DNA from: the human T2T-CHM13v2.0 reference genome, Homo sapiens
Length of the DNA stretch: 64,000 nt
Assembly (NCBI RefSeq): GCF_009914755.1
Contig: NC_060930.1
Strand: one strand, 5' to 3'
The notes under the pieces were generated by a model. That model was not told where the DNA came from. It made no database searches and saw nothing but the letters and a program-made list of their open reading frames with translations. Shown here piece after piece: positions 55,991 through 64,000 of the stretch. Within the stretch, counting starts at the first letter, position 1, and every line of letters begins with the position of its first letter. The position numbers were made by a program, and so were the translations under genes.

Positions 55991-57199
55991 AAACCAAAGA
56001 TAGGATTGTGATCAAGTGGCATAAACTGGGAGACAAAATTTATAAAAATAATCTTACATAGGAATTGGTAGAAAGAACAAAAAGAATACTGAAAGTATTA
56101 ACAGGAAAGAAGAACAGCATGGCAGAATAAATTTATTTTAACAAGACAAAAAAGAGATAAAAAGAATCAGGAAAGAGACTGTTTTCTTATCAAAACCCCA
56201 AAACCAAGAAGTAGTACATAGAGACTTAACTAGGGCTTCAACTGTAGAATAGAAGGGTGGGTGACTCAAGCCTACTTCGGGGTCTGCAATCCAAAAGAGC
56301 CCTACAGAAATGACTTCCCAACTTAGCTCCTGAAAGTGGAGTCAAGCTAACTGCATAATGGGGACTAGACTAGGGATATAGTTTGTAATCTGAAATTATT
56401 TAATATATTTAGACCACAGTTTAACTATGCATCCAAATTCATTATGTGTGTTGTACCATTGGATGTTAACATGTTGATGTTTTAAAAACATAGCTGATGA
56501 TTATATACCAAATTTTTAAAATTTGTTACCTGAAAACATTGAACTATTGAAGTCCAAATAAAACTCTTGGAAAACCTTAAAATTTCTCTTTCCAACTGTC
56601 ATTTTTTTCTGTGCTTCCATTTCTAACCAATAAGCCTCCTGATTGACAAGTTTCTTCCTTAGCGATTTTAATTCCTTTAGTCTGGCTATAGTTAAACATT
56701 ACTGGCCTCAGATCCTAGTGACTTTGTGCAAGTCTGTCATGATCCATAAGGTGTTGATTTAGAATTTAGCGTTCTGCTGTGTTCTATATAGTGCCTATAC
56801 TTGATCTGTCAAAAGGATTTAGCAATGATCCAAGGTGAACATTAATGTGGTGCTGAGGATGTTTGAGCACACCTGCCTTCTCTTCTCAATACTACATGAT
56901 CTCCTTTTCCCTCCTAATCCTTCCATGTCATCTAACCAAATAAACCATCACAACCCTAAGACATTTCTTCTTTTGTGATAAGGTTTTTTGTGTTTATAAG
57001 GTCATGGGAATGTATGGTTGAGAGACACATTTCGTTCGGCTAGAAATTTGCTCATTTATATATAATCCCGTAGAAAGCCAAAAGTTTTGCACAAGTGCCA
57101 ATCTATGAAAAATTAAATAGTTATGGTCTACGTTTTGTTATTCAAAATAAAAATAGCTTTTTTGAGGCCCAACATATAAAGGATATTCAAAAACCTACT

Positions 57200-57520
57200 T
57201 CTGGTTCATGCCTGTAATCCCAGCACTTTGGGAGGCCAAGGCAGGTGGATCGCCTGAGGTCAGGAGTTCGAGACCAGCCTAGCCAACATGGTGAAACCCC
57301 ATCTCTACTAAAAATACAAAAATTAGCTTGGCACGGTGGCTCATGCCTGTAGTCCCAGCTACTTGGGAGGCTCAGGCATGAGAATCGCTTGAATTCGGGA
57401 GACAGAGGTTGTAGTGACCCAGTGACCCAAGATGACACTACTGCACTCCAGCCTGGGCAACAGAGTGAGACTAGTTCTCAAAATAAATAAATAAATAAAT
57501 AAACAAAACAAAACAAAAAA
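57200..57520 (+). mobile_element. Alu (AluS), slightly 5'-truncated
   Basis: Dimer with (TAAA)n/(CAAAA)n tail; TSD AAAAACCTA. Confidence 0.93.
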
Positions 57521-57736
57521 AACCTAGTTCATCGATTTCATTGAATAGAAAAAAAAATGCCAGGGAGAAGAAGAAGAATGCCACTGAAATGTTAATATCT
57601 CGGTGTTTTATTTGTGAACACAGAGACAACTTTCCAATTTACTATCTTAAAATTAGATTGCACACAGTATCATAATGTGAATTGTAAACTTTACATTTCC
57701 ATATTTCTATAAGCTCTCAATGGCTACTGTTTATAA

Positions 57737-58106
<370 letters not shown>

Positions 58107-58867
58107 TAAATGTTCACTTTTTCTTAAGATTTTTCTTCTGCATAAGAAAAAAATAATTTATTCATAATTTAGACGCATGGAATACCTCTAAGTATTTTTT
58201 ATTGTGTCAATTCCTAAACCTGGTGTGTATTTCAAGGTATACAAATAAATTTGCATATACTACTCAACCATAAGTTGATGTCAAAGTCAGTTAACAATAT
58301 GAGTAGAAGTTATAATAACTGCTTTTTATTTATGACACTTAAAAATATCTATAGCACACTCAATAGTTTTAACAAAAAATGCTCCTTTTTTTGTAGCATG
58401 TGTTGCTCTTTTTTCAAACAATAGGATCCCTCTCCTGACTCAAGCATATATTCTTTTTCATAGCATGATTCTGTTTGTTTTATTTCTAGGCAGATTTTTT
58501 CAGCTTATATTTGAATTCAAAGTGTAACCGTTAGTATTCAATTCCCATATGTTAATGACTTATAGTCATAACATTTTATAAAAACAATTGGTCTTATTAG
58601 AATTTATGAGACTACAGTAAGTCATTTCTAGATAACTATTTGTGTAACACTATGTGAAATAATTTAAAATTGATCTTTAAAATTTTAAACAATTGATAGA
58701 CTAGAATCATTTATCTTTACATTATCATTTGCTGCCAAATACATTCTGTAATTTATTGTTTCATGTAATCTTTATTACATTGTTTTTAATGTAATAAAGA
58801 TATAAAGTAGGGAATTTAAACTGGTATATCTGAATCCTGTTTTAAAAATATTCTAAATTAAAATTAT

Positions 58868-61144
58868 TGTATTAGTTCATTTTCATGCTGCTGATAAAGA
58901 CATACCTGAGACTGGGAAGAAAAGGAGGTTTAATTTGACTTACAGTTCCACATGGCTGGGGACGTCTCACAATCATTGCAGAGGGCAAAAGGCACTTCTT
59001 ACATGGTGGCAGCAAGAGATAATGAAGAAGAAGCAAAAACAGCAACCCCTGCTAAACCCATCAGATCTTGTGAGACTTTTTCACTATCATGAGAATAGCA
59101 CAGGAAAGACCAGTCCCCATGATTCACTGACCTCCCACTGGGTCCCTCCCACAACATGTGGGAATTCTGGGAGATATAATTTAAGTTGAGATTTGGGTGG
59201 GGACACAGCCAAACCATATTATTCTGCCCCTGGTCCCTCTCAGATCTCATGTCCTCACATTTCAAAACCAATCTTGCCTTCCTAACAGTCCCCAAAAGTC
59301 TTAAATGATTTCAGCATTAACTCAGAAGTTCACAGTCCAACATCTCATCTGAGGCAAGGCAAGCTCCTTCTGCCTATGAGCCTACAAAATCAAAAGCAAG
59401 TTAGTTACTTCCTAGATAAAAGGGGATGCAGGCATTGGGTATATACAGCCATTCCAAATAGGAGAAATCAGCCAAAATGAAGGGGCTACAGGCCCCATGC
59501 AAATCCAAAATCCAGCAGGGCAGTCAAATCTTAAAGCTCCAAAATAATCTCCTTTGACTCCATGTCTCACATGCAGGTCACATTGATGCAAGAAGTTGGT
59601 TCCCATGGTCTTGGGCACCTCCGTCCCTGTGGCTTTGCAGGGTACAGCCTTTCTCCCAGCTGCTTTCATGGGCTAGCATTGAGTGTCTGCAGCTTTTCCA
59701 GGCACACAGTGCAAGCTATGGGTGGATCCACCATTCTGGGGTCTGGAGGATGGTGGCCCCTTCTCACAGCTCCACTAGGCAGTGCCCCAGTAGGGCTCTG
59801 CGTGAGGGCTCTGATATCACATTTCCCTTCCGCATTCCCCTAGCAGAGGTTCTCCATGAGAGCCCCAGCCCTGCAGCAAACTTTTGCCTGGACATCCAGG
59901 TATTTCCATACATCTTCTGAAATCCAGGCAGAGGTTCCCAAACCTCAATTCTTGACTTCTGTGCACCTGCAGGCTCAACACCACATGGAAGCTACCAAGG
60001 CTTGGGGCTTCCACCCTCTGAAGCCACTGCCAGAGCTCTACCTTGGCCCCTTTTAGTCACAGCTGGAGCGGCTGGGACACAAGATACCAAGTCCCTAGGG
60101 TGCAAACAGCACATGGACACTGGTCCCGGCCCATGAAACCATTTTTCATCCTATGCCTCTGGGCCTGTGATGAGAGGGGCTGCTGCGAAGACCTCTGACA
60201 TTCCCTGGAGACATTGTATACATTGTCTTTGGAATTAACAATCGGCTTCTTGTTATTTATGGAAATTTCTGCAGCTGGCTTAAATTTTTCCTCAGAAAAT
60301 GGGATTTTCTTTTCTATTGCATGGTCAGGCTGCAAATTTTCCAAATTTTTATGCTCTGCTTCCCTTATAAAACTGAATGTCCTAAGCACCCAAGTCACCT
60401 CTTGAATGCTTTGCTGCTTAGAAATTTATTCCACCAGATACCCTAAATCATCTCTCTCAAATTCAAAGTTCCACAAATCTCTAGGGCAGGGGCAAAATGC
60501 CACCAGTCTCTTTGCTAAAACATAGCAAGAGTCACCTTTACTCCATTTCTCAACAAGTTCCTCATTTCCATCTGAGACTACCTCAGCCTGGACTTTGTTG
60601 TCCTTATTGCTATCAACATTTTGGCCAAAGCCATTCAACAAGTCTCTAGGACGTTCCAAACTTTCCCATATTTTCCTGTCTTTTTCTGAGCCCTCCAAAC
60701 TGTTTCAGCCTCTGTTACCCAGTTCCAAAGTCGCTTCCACATTTTTGGGTAAATTTTCAGCAGCGCCCCACTCTACTGGTTCCAATTCACCCTATTAGTC
60801 CATTTTCATGCTGCTGACAAAGACATACCTGAGACTGGGAAGAAAAGGAGGTTTAATTGTCCTTACAGTTCCACATGGCTGGGGAGGTCTCACAATCATG
60901 GCAGAGAGTGAAAAGCACTTCTTACATAGTGACAGCAAGACAGAATGAGGAAGAAGCAAAAGCGGAAACCCCTGATAAACCCATCAGATCTCGTGAGACT
61001 TATTCACTATCACAAGAATAGTATGGGAAAGACAGGCCCCCATGATTCAATTACCTCCAACTGGGTCCCTCCCACAATATGTGGGAATTGTGGGAGATAC
61101 AATTCAAGTTGAGATTTGGGTAGGGACACAGCCAAACCGTATCA
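58868..61144 (-). mobile_element. Full-length THE1 (THE1C-like) MaLR: 5'LTR about 60791-61144, internal, 3'LTR 58868-59221
   Basis: Two homologous LTRs of about 350 bp around a THE1-int of about 1.57 kb; 5-bp TSD ATTAT/AATAT (1 mismatch). Confidence 0.93.
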
Positions 61145-61949
61145 AATATGAAATATATTCATGAGTTAAGAAAAGCTTTTAGAAGGAAGTATCATCATGG
61201 TAGCGTTTTTTGTTTGTGTTTATTTTTTCATCTTAAAAACATTTTTACTTGACATGTATTACTTGTACTTATTTATGGGATACAGAGTGATATTTTGATA
61301 CATGTATGCAATGTGTAATGATCAAATCAGGGTAGTTAGCATATTCATCACCTCAAACATTTATCATTTCTTTGTGTTGTGAACATTCAAAATCCTTTCT
61401 TCTGGCTTTTTGAAAATATACACTACATTTTTGTTAACTATATTCACCCATTAGGTTTTAAAGGAAGAAAAAGAGTTTATCAAACAGACTAGGAGAAGAG
61501 TAAGCAAACATCTCATTAAGGCAACAACAAGTGCAAAGGCACAGGAGTCTGAAATACCATGTTAAGTATTACTTGAGTGATCAGTAACTCAAGTGGCAGC
61601 AATTGGCCACTTAGATACTAGATCACAAAGGGATGTATGTGCTCCACTAAGAAACTTAGGCTTCATCCTGTAGACAATAAGAGCCAGTGAAGTGTTTTAA
61701 GCAGAGAAGAGAAATAATCAGACTTGCATTTTATAACTGTCTCTTTAAGATAAACTGAATGCTGAATAGGAAGTGGGAAAATGAAGTAAGGGTTCATTTC
61801 AGCTACAATCAAGACAAGAGATGATGAAAGCTAAACCAAGGTTATCGATATGAAAGAAGATACATTTATGAGATGGCAATAAGATTAATTTTCAAGACAT
61901 GCTGTCCAGGTATGGAGAATGAAAGAAAGAGGAAGGAGGTAGAATACTG

Positions 61950-63105
61950 TCAGGGTTCCATCAAATAAACTAAACCAGTAGGAGAGAGAGAGAGAGCACA
62001 TGCGTGTGAGAGAGAAAGCGAGCAAAGAATTGACTTGTGCAATTGTGGGGGCTCCTTAGGCAAGTTAGAAATTAATAGAGGAGGGCATCAGGAAGAGCAG
62101 ACTGGAAACTCTCAGGCAGGAGCTGACACTGACAGTCATTGGTAAAATTTCTTCTTTCTGAGGGAAATTGCAATCTGCCATAAGTCCCTTCAATTGATTG
62201 ACTCTGACCCACGGGATCATTGAGAATAATTTTATTTACAGTTGGCCCTTGAACAACACAGATTTGAACTGTGCAATTCTACTTATGTGCAGATTTTCTC
62301 CTGCCTCTACCAACCCTGAGACAGCAAGACCAACCCCTCCTTTCTCTCCTCTTCAGCCCACTCAACATGATGACAGTTAGGATGAAGACCTTTTTGACAA
62401 TCCATTTTCATTTAATTAATAGTAAATATATTTTCTCTTCCTTATGACTTTATTTTCTTTTTTATTTATTTATTTTTTTGTTTTGAGACAAAGTCTCACT
62501 CTGTCACCCAGGCTGGAGTGCAGTGGCACAACCTCGGCTAACTGCAACCTCTGCTTCCCGGGTTCAAGCGATTCTTCTGCCTCAGCCTTCTGAGTAGCTG
62601 GGATTACAGGCACCTTCCACTACGCCTGGCTAATTTTTGTATTTTTAATAGAGACGGGGTTTCTCCATGTTGGCCAGCCTGGTCCCGAACTCCTGACCTC
62701 AGGTTATCCGCCCACCTCGGCCTCCCAAAGTGCTGGGATTACAGGCATGAGCCACCATGCCCAACCATAATTTTCTTAATAATATTTTCTTTTCTCTAGT
62801 TTTCATTATTGGAAGAATGCAATATATAATAAATACAACATGCAAAATATATGTTAATCAACTATTTATGTTATTGGTAAGGATTCCAGTCAATAGAAGG
62901 CTATTACTAGTTAAGTTTTTGGAGAGTCAAAAGTTATAGGCAGATTTTCAAGTGCATGGGGATTCAGCATCCCTAACCCCTAACTTATTCAGGGGTCAAC
63001 TGTACTTAGTCAACTGATTGTAGATATTTATCATGTCTACAAAATACCTTCACGGCAACACATAGCATTTGAATAGTTGATTATTATAGCCAAGCCGAGT
63101 TAACA
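61950..63105 (-). mobile_element. MLT2-type LTR (within L2) split by Tigger2a
   Basis: CAGGGTTC...GAGAGAGA...GAATTGACTTGTGCAATTGTGGGGGCT; resumes CTTAGTCAACTGATTGTAG...AAAATACCTTCACGGCAACA. Confidence 0.7.
62239..63002. mobile_element. Tigger2a-like TcMar DNA transposon containing an Alu (about 62455-62767, minus strand)
   Basis: Terminal inverted repeats CAGTTGGCCCTTGAACAA / TTATTCAGGGGTCAACTG with TA target duplications. Confidence 0.88.
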
Positions 63106-64000
63106 TTAGAGATGCTTTTCAGAATTGTAAATTGAGAGATGTGGAGAATGATGATGCCACTAATGAAGACAGGGAACATACGAAGAAGAGAAGATTAAGG
63201 GTGAGGAATGACAGAAATAAACTGTATTTCATAGATTCTAAGATGCACTTTTCTCCTTTACATTTTAACATCTCTGATGTTAGGACTCACCTTTAAATTG
63301 ATGGGATCTTACCACTATAACTGGTATATTTTGTTCTTCATCATTTATAAAATGATGGTGCATCTTACAGTCAATGTCACCTTAGAGTGAAGGAAACAAG
63401 GTAGTAGATTTTATTTGGTACCTTGGATTTGAGGTGCCTGAGGAACACGGATAGCTCTAGTTCATAGAATGTATAGGCGGGAAACTCAGCCAAGGGACCT
63501 GCCACAGAGGTATGAGTCATCTATACTCAAGTAAAAGCTGAAGCAATGAAAATGCAAAAAATTCCCAGGAAAAATTGGTAGAAGTGAGAATAATAGTCAG
63601 CTAAATAGACAACCCTAAAAAAACAGCAAACTTTAAGGAGAGAATAAAAGGAAAAGAGTGGTTAGAACTAATAATCAGAATACATCATATAAACAAAGAG
63701 AGAAGATACTTTTTAAAACTAATGAGTAGCTGTCAATACCAAATATAGTGAGAGGACTAGCAAGTGCCCACCGAGTATGGCAACATGAGTGGGGGGGTCA
63801 TTAACGAATTTTCTAGAATAATTCCACTGGAGTGGATAGGAAGCAGACAAGTTGCACTGGCTTAGAGGAATGAAGGAGAATTAGGAAAACGGAGGTCATG
63901 AATGTAAAATATTCTTTCAGGAAGCTTGACTAAAAAGGGGTGGAATAATGAAAAAGTTAAATAGAGAGGATAAGGTCAATGGTGATTTCTGCAGAAGTGA

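Noticed and set aside
59412-60698. Cluster of ORFs in THE1-int
   Set aside because: Fragmented remnants of the decayed MaLR internal ORF

Overview
Primate (almost certainly human, 6q13) genomic DNA. It holds the 5' part of LMBRD1 on the minus strand (lysosomal cobalamin-export escort protein LMBD1, the cblF gene): coding exons 1-5 (codons 1-158), the CpG-island promoter at about 48.5-49.25 kb, and about 15 kb of upstream sequence. All five exons have GT-AG boundaries and join into one continuous ORF. The rest is mostly interspersed repeats (Alu, L1, L2, MIR, MaLR/ERV LTRs, DNA transposons). Apart from the ORFs overlapping exons 1 and 2, the supplied ORFs appear repeat-derived or spurious. No RNA genes, CRISPR arrays or novel protein genes are supportable. 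The most interesting hypothesis is an upstream alternative transcription and splicing route into LMBRD1. A sense-oriented full-length THE1 keeps a DUX4-type motif and a CAG|GTATGT donor, and two candidate small minus-strand exons follow (one with a tandemly duplicated donor). Splicing these into exon 2 would yield the N-truncated Met74 isoform. A solo HERV-H LTR7 also sits immediately upstream of the promoter. Repeat subfamily names come from recalled consensus sequences, and boundaries without TSDs are approximate.
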